From an uncultured Nitrospinaceae bacterium (lineage in GTDB: Bacteria > UBA8248): a DNA stretch of 64,000 bases. Of this stretch, positions 20,857 to 31,572 are shown piece by piece. The DNA lies in contig CAXFSR010000009.1 of assembly GCA_964005815.1 (NCBI GenBank), positions 32,001 through 96,000 of the forward strand. Reading direction: 5' to 3'. A program made the position numbers and the translations under genes. Positions within the stretch are counted from its first letter, which is position 1. Each line of letters opens with the position of its first letter. Under the pieces are notes generated by a model that was not told the DNA's origin, searched no databases, and saw only the letters and a program-made list of their open reading frames with translations.

Positions 20857-22158
20857 ATGGTATTGGACAATCAATTTAAAAAACTCATAAGTAAATGGCC
20901 GAGATATGTAAAAACTAAATCTTTTTTGTTCTTCAGTGGTCAGTTAGGATTGCATCCAAAGTCTCTAGAATTGTGTTTAAAGCACGAAGATGTAGAGAAT
21001 TTGGGACCTGCTCCAAATCATAGTTATCCGTGGGTTGATTCAATCGAAGGACCTATAGCTTCACAGTCTATTTCTGCATACGAAAGTGTTTCTGAAATTC
21101 TTGAAAAAGAAGGTGGAGATTTAACTCAACTTGTTCGATTTCACCTTTATCAAAGAGACAAACGTTTTTTTCCTGTTTTTGATTCTATAAGAAAATTTTA
21201 TGAGCCGAATGATCCTACTCCCAGTACTGCAGTAGGAATGGGTCATTTCGACCCTAATGAGTCTGTTCGATTTAATATTGATGGAATTGCTATGAACCCC
21301 GAAGCAGAAAAAAGTTTGGGAAAAAGAACTGCATTACCTGGTTCAATAGAGCATAGTTCTGCCGCGCATTTTTCGCATGTTGTTGGTGCAGGACCCTATC
21401 TTTTTGTCGCAGGGCAAATTCCTACAGATACCTCTAAACCCGGTTCTCCTTTGATTAATAATTATGATGATATTCCAGAAGAGGGGCATATTTTAAAAGT
21501 TGGGAGAAGTCATGAAGATAGTCGAAATGGTCCAATTGCAGTTCAAACATGGTTTACTTACGATTTGATTAGAAAACACCTAGAGGGTTCGGGTTCTTCT
21601 ATGGAACACATATTAAATCTCACTGTATACCTTCAGGATATGCGAGATTTTCCAACTTTCCATCGAATTCATGAAACTTTCTTTCCTTCTGATCCTCCAG
21701 CGCTCACTGTTCTACAAGTTGCAGAAGTTGGACATAAAGGAGAACGAATAGAAATTGAACCCACTGCCATTGCAGTAGATTCAAATATTAGAAAAGAAAT
21801 TGTAACTTCTGGAAATGACTCTTTGCCAGCTCATATGAGTCTTGGAACTAGAGCAGGAGATTTGGTCTTTTTGTCTAATATTACTCCTGTTGAAGGAGAA
21901 AAAGAAGATGTGTTATCTCAAGCTGAAAGTATCTTTTCTCAGTTGAAGAGTACGTTGTCTATTTTGAATGCAGACTTTTCTAACATTTCTCATCTAACAG
22001 TCTTTTTGAAAGAGATTAATGATCTGGTTACTTTAGAGACAATTTTTGAGAAGATTTTTTCAAACGAAAGGCCAGCATTTACTGCCTTGCAAATTCCTTT
22101 GCCATCACCGAATGTAGAGGCAGATGTTTCTATGACTGCAATAGTTTCTCTCTCGTAA
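20857..22158 (+). CDS. Rid (YjgF/YER057c/UK114) family protein with three tandem domains
   Basis: Three repeats: LFFSGQ/LFVAGQ/VFLSN, then LYQRD/VYLQD/VFLKE, then PTPST/PPALT/RPAFT. Confidence 0.75.
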   Translation: MVLDNQFKKLISKWPRYVKTKSFLFFSGQLGLHPKSLELCLKHEDVENLGPAPNHSYPWVDSIEGPIASQSISAYESVSEILEKEGGDLTQLVRFHLYQRDKRFFPVFDSIRKFYEPNDPTPSTAVGMGHFDPNESVRFNIDGIAMNPEAEKSLGKRTALPGSIEHSSAAHFSHVVGAGPYLFVAGQIPTDTSKPGSPLINNYDDIPEEGHILKVGRSHEDSRNGPIAVQTWFTYDLIRKHLEGSGSSMEHILNLTVYLQDMRDFPTFHRIHETFFPSDPPALTVLQVAEVGHKGERIEIEPTAIAVDSNIRKEIVTSGNDSLPAHMSLGTRAGDLVFLSNITPVEGEKEDVLSQAESIFSQLKSTLSILNADFSNISHLTVFLKEINDLVTLETIFEKIFSNERPAFTALQIPLPSPNVEADVSMTAIVSLS

Positions 22159-22209
22159 GTATTTCTTAAGTACTCGTAGGGTTTTACGTATTTTGAATAG
22201 GAAGCAAGA

Positions 22210-23430
22210 ATGAAACGTTCAAAACTCACAATTGTTCTTGGAGTTCTCGTTCTATGAGTGTTTTGTTCGAGCAGTATTTATTTTTGGTGGCTAAATAACA
22301 AAGATTTTGAGACTACTGACAACGCTTATATTAAGGCTCCTATAGTCCCTATCACTTCAAGAGTGAAAGGAATGGTTCAAAAAATTTATGTGGATGAGCA
22401 TCAAGAAGTAAGAAGAGGTGATTTGATCGTCCAATTGGATCCAAGACTTTTCTCCATTGCAGTTGAACATGCTAGGGCAGAAGTGTTGGTTGCTCGAAAC
22501 AAATTTGAGTCAAGTAAAACAAAAGTTAAATATGAAGGAGATCGATTTAAGCCACTTGTGAATGAGAGAAAATCACGTCTCTCAATGCTAGAACAAACAA
22601 TCAAATCTGCAAAATCACTTTTTCAGCAAAAGAGTAACGAAGTGAAAATTAGTCTTTTGAACCTTAAAAGAACGAAGGACTTACTATTAAAAAATAGGAA
22701 ATTATTTCATCACAAAATAATATCTAGTGAAATTTTAGAAAAAGTTATTAGTAAACACGATGTTGAACTTGCGACATATAATGCAAGCATTGCTTCTAGA
22801 AATGTAGAGAGAAATAAAATCAAAGCATTAAAAGAGAAAATGCATGAATTGAAGGCTTCAGTGTCTTTAATTGATAAAGAAAAATTGTCAACAAAAATAC
22901 AAATACAGGAATCTCTATCCTTGAAAGGAGAGTTGGAGGTTGCTAAAGCAAAGTTGAGAAGAGCAAAGTTGCTTCTTTCTTATACTTCTATACGTGCTCC
23001 TATAAGTGGAGTCTTTAGCAAAAAAAGCGTTGAAATTGGTAGTTTTGTCCAGCCAGAAAGAAGTTTGGGACTGATAGTTCCTCTAAGAGAAATCTATGTA
23101 CAAGCAAATTTTAAAGAAGGACAAGTTAAGAATCTGAGGATAGGTCAAAAAGTGGAAATTATTGCGGATGCTTATCCTGGCAAGACTTTCTTTGGAAAAA
23201 TAAAAAATTTTTTTTCTGGAACAGGAGACTCGTTTTCTTTGCTACCTACGGAAAATGCGACAGGAAACTGGATCAAGGTTGTAAGGAGAGTTCCAGTTAA
23301 AATCACTCTTGATAATCAAGAGTTAAAAAATACCCCTTTGTTAATAGGAATGTCCGTTTACGTAAGGGTCAAAGTGAAAAATCAATCTCAGTCTCATGTT
23401 TCTGTTATGAATTTTAAAATGAAAAAATGA
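22210..23430 (+). CDS. EmrA/HlyD-family efflux adaptor with in-frame TGA at codon 16 (read-through gene or pseudogene)
   Basis: TTDNAY, IRAPISG, ANFKE and FSLLPTENATGNWIKVVRRVPV. ATG 22210 gives MKRSKLTIVLGVLVL*VFCSSSIYFWW, in frame with ORF 22258-23430. Confidence 0.8.
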
Positions 23431-23447
23431 TTTGGGTCTTTTAGAAA

Positions 23448-25001
23448 ATGAATGAAACTCAAAGTGAACAATTCATTTCTAATTCTAAGAATCGTTTTTT
23501 GATTACTACTGCGACAGTTTTTTGAACTTTTATTTCGGTAATGGATGTAAGTGTAGTAAATGTTTCTCTCCCTCATATGAGGGGCGCATTTGGAGTTGAT
23601 TTATCGGCTATAACTTGGATTGCTACTAGTTATTCTATTTCACAGATAATTATGATCACAATGACAGGATGGTGGAGTACTGTCCTTGGAAGAAAAAACT
23701 TTTATTTATTATCCTTTCTTATTTTTACAGTTGGTTCCCTTCTTTCCGCGACAGCTAGTTCTTTTGCAGAAATCATAATTTATAGATCCATACAAGGAAT
23801 TGGTGGTGGCCCACTTATTCCCATTTCGCAGGCGATTCTTAGAGAGACGTATTCATCTAAACAGCAGGGTGTCGCAATGGGTCTTTTTGGAATGGGTGTT
23901 GTACTTGCTCCCGCAATGGGGCCTGTCTTCGGTGGTTGGTTAACTGAGGAATATGGATGGCCATGGGTCTTTTTTATTAATATCCCATTTTGTGTGATCG
24001 GTATGGTTTTAGTAAATATATTCATAATAGATCCTCCGTTCTTGAAACGCGGAATTAAAAAAGTTGATTGGGGTGGCATATGTCTTTTGTCTATTACTTT
24101 AGTGGGACTTCAGTTTGTATTAGAAAGAGGACAGGAGGAATACTGGTTTGATTCCGATCTTATTACGATATTGACTGTTATCACTGTTTTTGCAGCTATC
24201 ATTCTTGTTTTTTGGGAATTGAACACGGTAGATCCAATTATAAATTTTAGAGTTTTAAAAAATTTACCCCTGAGTATAGGGTCGCTAATTATATTCATTT
24301 TTGGCATAGCACTTTTTGGTTCTACTTTTTTGATGCCTCAACTTCTACAAAATCTTTTTTCTTATTCTGCTATGGATGCAGGATTAGTACTTCTTCCCCG
24401 GGGTGCAATTCTCTTTATTATGCTTCCAACAGTTGGGTTCTTGTTTAATTTTATAGGGGCTCGTTTTCTTATTTTTTGCGGTGCTTGCTTTATGTCGTAT
24501 ACATTTTATCTCTTATCTCAATTAACATTAGAAGCAAATTATTGGGACTTGGCATTTCCTCTTATGATTATGGGTTTTGGAATGCCATGTTTCTTTGTAA
24601 CCTTATCTGCAGTTTTTTTCAGTACTATTTCGCCTAAGGATACTACTTCTGCTTCGGCGCTTTACAATCTTAGTAGACGTATAGGCGGGAATCTCGGGTA
24701 TGCTTTATTAACAACATTACTAGCTAGAGATGAAGCATTTTATCGAATTGCTCTTATAGGTTCTGTTAGCGATTTGAATCGTGAATTTTGGAGTTTTAAA
24801 GATCAAATCTTCTCGCTATTTTTACATCAACAGAACGCATTTTCTTTGTTGAAAATGCATCCATTAAAAATGGCAGAGGATCTAATTACTCTTCATTCTG
24901 GAATTCTTTCCTATAACTCAGTACATTTTTTCTTAGGAGGAATGTTTCTTCTAGTTTTCCCGATGATTTTTCTTATACCAAAAGAAAAGAAAGGGAAATG
25001 A
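23448..25001 (+). CDS. EmrB/QacA (DHA2) MFS efflux permease with in-frame TGA at codon 26 (read-through gene or pseudogene)
   Basis: MDVSVVNVSLP, RSIQGIGGG, GPVFGGW and WPWVFFINIP. ATG 23448 gives ...RFLITTATVF*TFISVMD, in frame with ORF 23541-25001. Confidence 0.8.
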
Positions 25002-25102
25002 GAAAAGAGTGATTTTATATTTTTTTTATAGAGGTTTTTAAAAAAACTTTTAAGAAGTATGATGAAGTTATTCGTGTTTATTTTTTTGGAGATTTCATAT
25101 AA

Positions 25103-26437
25103 ATGGATAATTCCTTTAGTTCTAAAAGACAAAAGTCTAAAGAACTGTCTGAAAAAGCAAAAAATTTAATTGCAGGTGGAATTACAAGTGAACTACGTTA
25201 TGCAACTCCATTTCCTATTTTTATATCTAAAGCAAAAGGTTCTCGAAAATGGGATGTAGATGGAAACGAATATATAGATTATTCAATGGGAAGCGCTGCT
25301 CTTTTATTAGGTCATTCTCATGAAGCTATTGTCGAAGCAGTAAATTTACAAGTTAATCAAGGTACTTTGTATTCTTCTTTGACAGAAAAAGAATTAGAGT
25401 GGGCAGAGTTAATATCTGGTATGTATCGCTCGTCCGAGCGTGTAAGGTTTGTAGGTTCTGGGACGGAAGCTAATATTTTAGCAATAAGGTTGGCAAGGGC
25501 GTTTACCGGTCGGAGTAAGATAATTCGATTCGAAGGACATTTTCATGGTTGGGGGGATGATACTAATGTTGGAATTAAGTTTCCATTTGACAAAAAAGTA
25601 TCCCATGGATTACCTGATAATGTCGTAGATTCATCGATTGTCTGCCCTGCAGACTTGCAATTTGTTGAAGATGTTTTGTCTCAGAACAAAGATATTGCAG
25701 CGATTATTCTTGAGCCATCAGGAGCGTCTTGGGGAACCGTTCCTATTCCTGATTCATTTTTACAGGGCCTTAGAAAATTGTGTGATTTGTACGATGTGCT
25801 CCTAATTTTTGATGAAGTAATTACTGGATTTAGGTGGAGTCCCGGAGGAATTCAGGAACTTGAGAGTGTTACCCCGGATCTGACTACCCTTGCAAAGAAT
25901 CTTACTGGTGGTTTGCCAGGAGGTTGTGTATCTGGAAAATCCGAATTGATGGATCTTCTAGATCCCAGCAAGGAATTTAAGGGTCTTCAAGCAGGGGTTT
26001 TTCATCGCGGTACTTTTAATGCAAATCCTTTATCAGCTGCGAGTGGGATAGCTGCACTTGAGATCTTCAAATTGGGAGAAGTACAAAAAAAAGCAGATAT
26101 GTCAGCCGAAAAACTGAGACAGAATTTTTCAAAGATTTTTAAGAAATATGAGATCTCTGGATTTGTATATGGGGAGTCTTCTACTTTTCATGTTTTTCTG
26201 GGTTCCCATAAAAAAGAAGACTTTACCAGCTTACACGCTCGTGAGTTAAAGACTATTCCACAAAGTCAAGTTTTAGATTTTCAGTTATCTTTAAGAAGCA
26301 GAGGGGTAGATCTGATGTCTTATACGGGAGGTGTCACCTCCTCTGCTCATTCTGAAGAAGATATTGAAATGACAATAAACGCATTTGAAGAATCAATTGT
26401 GGAGCTTGTGAAAAATGACAAGATTCCTAGGCTCTAA
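25103..26437 (+). CDS. Class III PLP aminotransferase (HemL-like paralogue, substrate unknown)
   Basis: SGTEA, FEGHFHGW, FDEVITGFR, TLAK and GTFNANP. Lacks HemL-specific SPVR and YHGH; the canonical hemL is at 15065. Confidence 0.85.
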   Translation: MDNSFSSKRQKSKELSEKAKNLIAGGITSELRYATPFPIFISKAKGSRKWDVDGNEYIDYSMGSAALLLGHSHEAIVEAVNLQVNQGTLYSSLTEKELEWAELISGMYRSSERVRFVGSGTEANILAIRLARAFTGRSKIIRFEGHFHGWGDDTNVGIKFPFDKKVSHGLPDNVVDSSIVCPADLQFVEDVLSQNKDIAAIILEPSGASWGTVPIPDSFLQGLRKLCDLYDVLLIFDEVITGFRWSPGGIQELESVTPDLTTLAKNLTGGLPGGCVSGKSELMDLLDPSKEFKGLQAGVFHRGTFNANPLSAASGIAALEIFKLGEVQKKADMSAEKLRQNFSKIFKKYEISGFVYGESSTFHVFLGSHKKEDFTSLHARELKTIPQSQVLDFQLSLRSRGVDLMSYTGGVTSSAHSEEDIEMTINAFEESIVELVKNDKIPRL

Positions 26438-26439
26438 AT

Positions 26440-29400
26440 TTATTTTTTCATTCTTATTTTTTTAGTTTCTGATTTGTCCACTTTAAGGTTCCTTGAATCG
26501 ATGGATACTCCATAATCTGTTAGTGCACTTTTAATGGAGACCACACCATTTTTTACATCTTGTAAGACAGCTTTGATCGGTCTTTGGTAAGGATTTCCAA
26601 ATCCGCCTCCGCCAGCCCCTTCAATTTTAAGGTTTCCGGGAAGTAATTCTATATTTTGATATTGTGGAAGAGTTGTCCACTTACGACTCCCATTTTCTTT
26701 GTAAAGTACTTTTGCAATAGAACCAGGTTTTCCTTTTTTTAAACCAAAAGATGTTATCGTTCTACAAGATTCTCCTCTTGTAGAACAGCTAACAGGAGAT
26801 TTGATTTCAACCTCATAACTTACACTTGTTCCGCCTCTCCATTTCCCAGGTCCTCCCCCGTCTTTTCTTATTTCTTGTCGGATAAAGTGTACTGGATAAT
26901 CCTGTTCGTAATGTTCTAAATTTGGAATTGTTAAAGCTCCTAAAGTTGGGAGATTTCCAATTAGATCTAACCCATCTCTCCCCATCACTGCACCAGTTCC
27001 GGGTCCTCCAAGCCAATGGTAGATTACAAAAAACTCATCCTTTTCATCATAACCAGCAGTAATTGGATATGCAGTTTTTGCCCATGCAGCCGAGACTTTA
27101 TCAGATAAATGTTTATGTATAGATTTCCAAACACAATGAATTATTTCGTGTGCAGGAAATACCGTACATAATGTAACAGGTGCAGGAAAACTTGCATTCA
27201 CTACACTTCCTTCAGGTGCAATTATTTTTATGGGTCTATATGACCCTTCATTATGTGGAATATTCGGATCTACCAGGGAAGAAATTCCCGTATATAAAGC
27301 AGAATGGGTATTTGATATCGGACTGTTTTTGTATCCTTTAATCTGTGGAGAACTTCCAGAGAAATCGGCGGTGATATTTGTTCCTTTTTTTGTAAGTTTG
27401 AGATGTATTGGTATTTCTTTTTCATCAAAACAATCTGTGTTCATAGTTTCTGTTCCCTTGTAAATACCGTCTGGAATTTTCTTTAACTCAGATCGCATCA
27501 GTGATTCAGAATAATTTAGCAGTTCCGAAAAACCTTGTAAGACAAATTTCTTTCCTTTTTCGCGAATTATTTCTGTAAGTTTAGAGACTCCTATTTTTGT
27601 ACTTCCAACCATTGCGGAAAAGTCGTGTCTAATTACTTCGGAGGCTCGTGTGTTTGATAGGATAAGTTTTAGAATATCATCTTCGAAATTTCCTCTATTT
27701 CTAATTTTTATAGGCGATATTCTTATTCCTTCATGAAAAATTTCTGTTGCGTCAGAATTGTAAGTTCCTATTACACCTCCACCAACATCAACTTGGTGAG
27801 CTCTATTTGAAACGAAACCACAAAGAGTATTTTGTTCGAAAATTGGTGCTATTACAGTCCAGTCAGGTAGATGATTTCCTCCTCCAATATAGGGATCGTT
27901 TAATAGAAAGAGATCTCCAGGAAAAATTCTTTTGTTAAATTTTTTAAGAACTCCGCGAACTGCAAATCCTCCACTTCCTGTATGAATAGGAAGTCCATCA
28001 GCTTGAGATACTAGTTGACCCGAAGAGTCTGTAATAAAACAAGAAAAATCATGTGCCTGACTAAAAATAGTTGAACGTGCAGTTCTTTGCATTATGATGC
28101 CCATTTGTCGAGATATAAGATCTAGTTGATTTTGAAAAATAGCTAGACTGGCAGGGTCAATTTTTTCTTTTTTGTAATTTTTTCTTTTTTGTGTTTTTCT
28201 TGTTACTAGTTCTATTTGAAATGCACCATTCTTGTTGAGAGATAGGATATCTCCAGGTTCAACTAAAATTGTAGTTGAAGATTCTTCTATAATAGCAGGC
28301 CCTTTAATTTTCATCTGTTTTGTTATATGTTTTCCGTTGAATACTTTAGCATTCTCCCAACTTTGAGTTTTTTCAAAATAAACATTTCTTTCCCCTGTAA
28401 AAACTTTTTCTGCTTTTTGAACTTGAGGATGTCTGGGAATCGATGAGTTTTGCTTTTCTTGAAGTGTAATCCTAAATCCTGTAATTTGAACTGGTTCAGT
28501 AGGTCTGTTATGTCCATAGCTTTTCAGATGTTCTTCATGAAAAAGTTTTTCTAATTTTTTGGGAGATAGGTTTTTTAAAGAAATGCTATCTAAATTGATA
28601 GTAAGTTCCCAAGCTTGGCCTGGGTATTGCATATCTATTCCAAATTTCAACTCTTGATTTTTTGTTTCTGAACCCAAGCTTTTAGTTTCATTTTTTAGAT
28701 TTTTGAATTGTTTGAGAATATTCATTGCTGTTATTTCGCTTGTTCTAACCATAAAACTTCTCTTTCGATCATATCGTAATGGTCCACAAACCATACCTAA
28801 AGCACAAGCTGCAGAAGCTTCTCTTGGAATGAGAATTTTTTTGATTCCACAAATTCTCGCAACACTGGATACAGAGATTCCACCTGCACCACCACCTGCA
28901 ATTAGTGTTAGGTCTCTAGGATCAGAACCGTGTCGAGAACAAATTGTGAGAATAGAACTTGCCATAAATTGGTTTGCTAAACGTATAGCGCTGATTGCAG
29001 ATTGATTTATATTCATTTTCAGTTTTTTAGCAACAAAATTGTTGAAAGCTCTACTCGCATTTTCGATTGAGAGTGGAATTTCTCCGTCCAGTAATCCCTT
29101 AGTATTAATTCGGCCTAACAATAAATTCGCATCTGTGATAGTTGGCTGTTTGCCTCCTTTGCTATAACAGGCAGGTCCGGGCTCTGATCCCGCGCTTTTA
29201 GGTCCGACTCTAATCCCTTTAGCTGCATCTACCCAGATCAAAGTACCTCCGCCTGTTCCTATTGTTTGTACTTCTACAGACGGCAAATTCACGTGATAAC
29301 CACCTACGGTGGATTGATCTATCATTCCGGGATTTCCATCTCTTATGAGAGTTACATCTGTACTAGTTCCACCCATATCGAAAAAAATGCCGTTTTGTTT

Positions 29401-30255
29401 TTTGAAAGATTTTGCATAAATACAACCAGTAGAGGCCCCCGCTGCTGGACCGGAGAGAACAAGAGAAATAGGGGTGCGAATTGCCTGTTTTATATCAGTC
29501 ATTCCTCCATTGCTTTGTACAAGATGAATTGGATTAACATAGCGAATTGCTCTCAGTTGTTTCTCAAGTTCTTTGAGGTAAGAAGTTACAACAGGATAGA
29601 TATAGGCATTAACACAAGTTGTAGAACTTCTTTCATATTCTCCAATGATAGGTGCGATTTCAGAAGAGAGGAAAATAGGAGTCTTCAATCCTCTTTCTTT
29701 TAATATTTTTCTTGCCATTTTTTCATGAGAAGAATTTAGGTAAGAATTGATGAAACATATTGCTAAAGATTCAATTTTTTCTTTTTTGAAGAATGAAGCT
29801 GCATTAAGAATGTCATTTTTCCGCAGTTCTGTTTCTTCACGTCCATTCGCATCAATTCTTTCTTCGATTGGGAATCGAAGGAAACGATCTGCTAGTACTG
29901 TGGGATAAGCAGCTCGATGATCCCATACATTTTCTCTAAATCCTCTCCTAAATGATAAAGAATCACGGAATCCTTTTGTTGTTAACAGCCCTATTTTAGC
30001 GCCTTTATTTGTAAGTAACGCGTTCGTGGCAGCAGTGGTTCCATGAACAAATTTTTCACAATTTTCAAGTAGATATTCTTTTGAAACATCCAAATGCCCA
30101 GCAGCTTTTTCTATGCAATCGATTATTCCAAGTTCTGGATTCTTGACGTTAGTTGGCGATTTACTTAAGCATAGCAGATTTGAATTGGTGTCCATGAGTA
30201 CCAGATCGGTGAAAGTACCGCCAACATCTACGCCTATATTGAATTTTTTTTCCAT
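26440..30255 (-). CDS. Fused hydantoinase A/B (ATP-dependent 5-oxoprolinase-like amidohydrolase)
   Basis: N-half has DVGGTFTD, HGTT, SGPAAG, DMGGTSTD and SAGSEPGPACY. C-half has DFSC, NDPY.GGNHLPD, HQVDVGG and GGGGFGNP. Confidence 0.9.
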   Translation of the reverse strand: MEKKFNIGVDVGGTFTDLVLMDTNSNLLCLSKSPTNVKNPELGIIDCIEKAAGHLDVSKEYLLENCEKFVHGTTAATNALLTNKGAKIGLLTTKGFRDSLSFRRGFRENVWDHRAAYPTVLADRFLRFPIEERIDANGREETELRKNDILNAASFFKKEKIESLAICFINSYLNSSHEKMARKILKERGLKTPIFLSSEIAPIIGEYERSSTTCVNAYIYPVVTSYLKELEKQLRAIRYVNPIHLVQSNGGMTDIKQAIRTPISLVLSGPAAGASTGCIYAKSFKKQNGIFFDMGGTSTDVTLIRDGNPGMIDQSTVGGYHVNLPSVEVQTIGTGGGTLIWVDAAKGIRVGPKSAGSEPGPACYSKGGKQPTITDANLLLGRINTKGLLDGEIPLSIENASRAFNNFVAKKLKMNINQSAISAIRLANQFMASSILTICSRHGSDPRDLTLIAGGGAGGISVSSVARICGIKKILIPREASAACALGMVCGPLRYDRKRSFMVRTSEITAMNILKQFKNLKNETKSLGSETKNQELKFGIDMQYPGQAWELTINLDSISLKNLSPKKLEKLFHEEHLKSYGHNRPTEPVQITGFRITLQEKQNSSIPRHPQVQKAEKVFTGERNVYFEKTQSWENAKVFNGKHITKQMKIKGPAIIEESSTTILVEPGDILSLNKNGAFQIELVTRKTQKRKNYKKEKIDPASLAIFQNQLDLISRQMGIIMQRTARSTIFSQAHDFSCFITDSSGQLVSQADGLPIHTGSGGFAVRGVLKKFNKRIFPGDLFLLNDPYIGGGNHLPDWTVIAPIFEQNTLCGFVSNRAHQVDVGGGVIGTYNSDATEIFHEGIRISPIKIRNRGNFEDDILKLILSNTRASEVIRHDFSAMVGSTKIGVSKLTEIIREKGKKFVLQGFSELLNYSESLMRSELKKIPDGIYKGTETMNTDCFDEKEIPIHLKLTKKGTNITADFSGSSPQIKGYKNSPISNTHSALYTGISSLVDPNIPHNEGSYRPIKIIAPEGSVVNASFPAPVTLCTVFPAHEIIHCVWKSIHKHLSDKVSAAWAKTAYPITAGYDEKDEFFVIYHWLGGPGTGAVMGRDGLDLIGNLPTLGALTIPNLEHYEQDYPVHFIRQEIRKDGGGPGKWRGGTSVSYEVEIKSPVSCSTRGESCRTITSFGLKKGKPGSIAKVLYKENGSRKWTTLPQYQNIELLPGNLKIEGAGGGGFGNPYQRPIKAVLQDVKNGVVSIKSALTDYGVSIDSRNLKVDKSETKKIRMKK

Positions 30256-30288
30256 TCTATGAATTTCCTTAACAATTTTCCCTTGGAA

Positions 30289-31071
30289 CTATTGTAAGGT
30301 GAGTCCTCCGTCCATTGGGAAAAGTCCTCCGGTAACATAAGAAGAGGCATCTGAACATAGATATATTACGAGTGAGGGTAATTCTTCAGGCTGTCCTACT
30401 CTAGAGGCTGGAATTCTTTTTACGTATGCTTCTAAAGCAGCAGGATCGTTCATCAATGGAGCTCCCATATCCGTATCAAATTGACCAGGAATTATTATAT
30501 TGGCTCTTATCCCATATTTTGCCCAGTCTACAGCAATAGATTGTGTAAGAACATGGACGGCAGCTTTTGAGGCAGCATAAATAGGTACATTTGGTCTGGC
30601 TCTAAAACCTGCGACCGAACCAAAATTGACGATCCTTCCACCACCATTTTCAGAAACTACTTTTTGTTTCATGTGATTCGCTGCGGCATTGCATATATAG
30701 AAAGTCCCAAAAGTATTTATTTGAAATGTTTTTTCCATTTCTTCCTCACTCATTTCTAGACAAGGAACACGGGGACATATGCCAGCAGCATTTACAAGAA
30801 TGTCTAGTTTGCCGAAATTTTTTGCAGCGGCATCTATTGCTTTTTTAACAGAATCTGGATTTGAAATATCCATCGCACAAGTTATTGAGTCGCTTCCTAG
30901 TTCTTTGATTTCTTTAGAGACTTCGATTAATTTTCTTTCGTCAGTTGCTCCTAAAGCAACATTAGCTCCAAATTCAGCTAAGGCAAGTGCACAAGCTCTT
31001 CCTAGCCCTCTGCTTCCTCCACTCACAAATGCGACTTTTCCATCTAGATTAAATTTGTTTTTCAAATCCAT
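30289..31071 (-). CDS. Short-chain dehydrogenase/reductase
   Basis: SGGSRGLG, NAAG and YAASK. Confidence 0.93.
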   Translation of the reverse strand: MDLKNKFNLDGKVAFVSGGSRGLGRACALALAEFGANVALGATDERKLIEVSKEIKELGSDSITCAMDISNPDSVKKAIDAAAKNFGKLDILVNAAGICPRVPCLEMSEEEMEKTFQINTFGTFYICNAAANHMKQKVVSENGGGRIVNFGSVAGFRARPNVPIYAASKAAVHVLTQSIAVDWAKYGIRANIIIPGQFDTDMGAPLMNDPAALEAYVKRIPASRVGQPEELPSLVIYLCSDASSYVTGGLFPMDGGLTLQ

Positions 31072-31101
31072 TTCAAAATCCTTTTAAAAAAAATTACGAA
31101 A

Positions 31102-31545
31102 TTATGCTTGGTTTGGGTCGATCCAGTTTAATTCTAACAAATTACCGTCGGGGTCTTTAAAAAAAACGAGTTTTCTCTCGGGAACTCTCGAAAGAATTTG
31201 ACATTGTAGTTGTACATTATTTTTCTCTAAATGTTCTACAGTTTCTTCCATATTTTCAACCCAAAAAGTTAAATAACGAAATCCAATTTGTGAATCAGCT
31301 AGTTTATGTTCATTTCCTATTGGGCTATTTTCAAAATCAAGTAATTTAATCAAAATGTCACCAAACCTTAACGCATGTAATCTAAGATTGTTTTCACCAA
31401 ATCCAGCTTGTTGGATAAAGTCTCTAGGAATCTCTGTTGTTGCAACTTCAGTACATCCAAGGACTTCTATATAGAAATTTTTCATTTTATCAATATTATT
31501 AGTGGCCAATCCAATATCAACACTTTTTTGTGTGACATGCATCAT
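31102..31545 (-). CDS. VOC/glyoxalase family protein
   Basis: FYIEVLG, YLTFWVEN and FFKDPDGNLLEL. Confidence 0.88.
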   Translation of the reverse strand: MMHVTQKSVDIGLATNNIDKMKNFYIEVLGCTEVATTEIPRDFIQQAGFGENNLRLHALRFGDILIKLLDFENSPIGNEHKLADSQIGFRYLTFWVENMEETVEHLEKNNVQLQCQILSRVPERKLVFFKDPDGNLLELNWIDPNQA

Positions 31546-31572
31546 TTGGTGTCTCCTATTAAATTATAAAAA

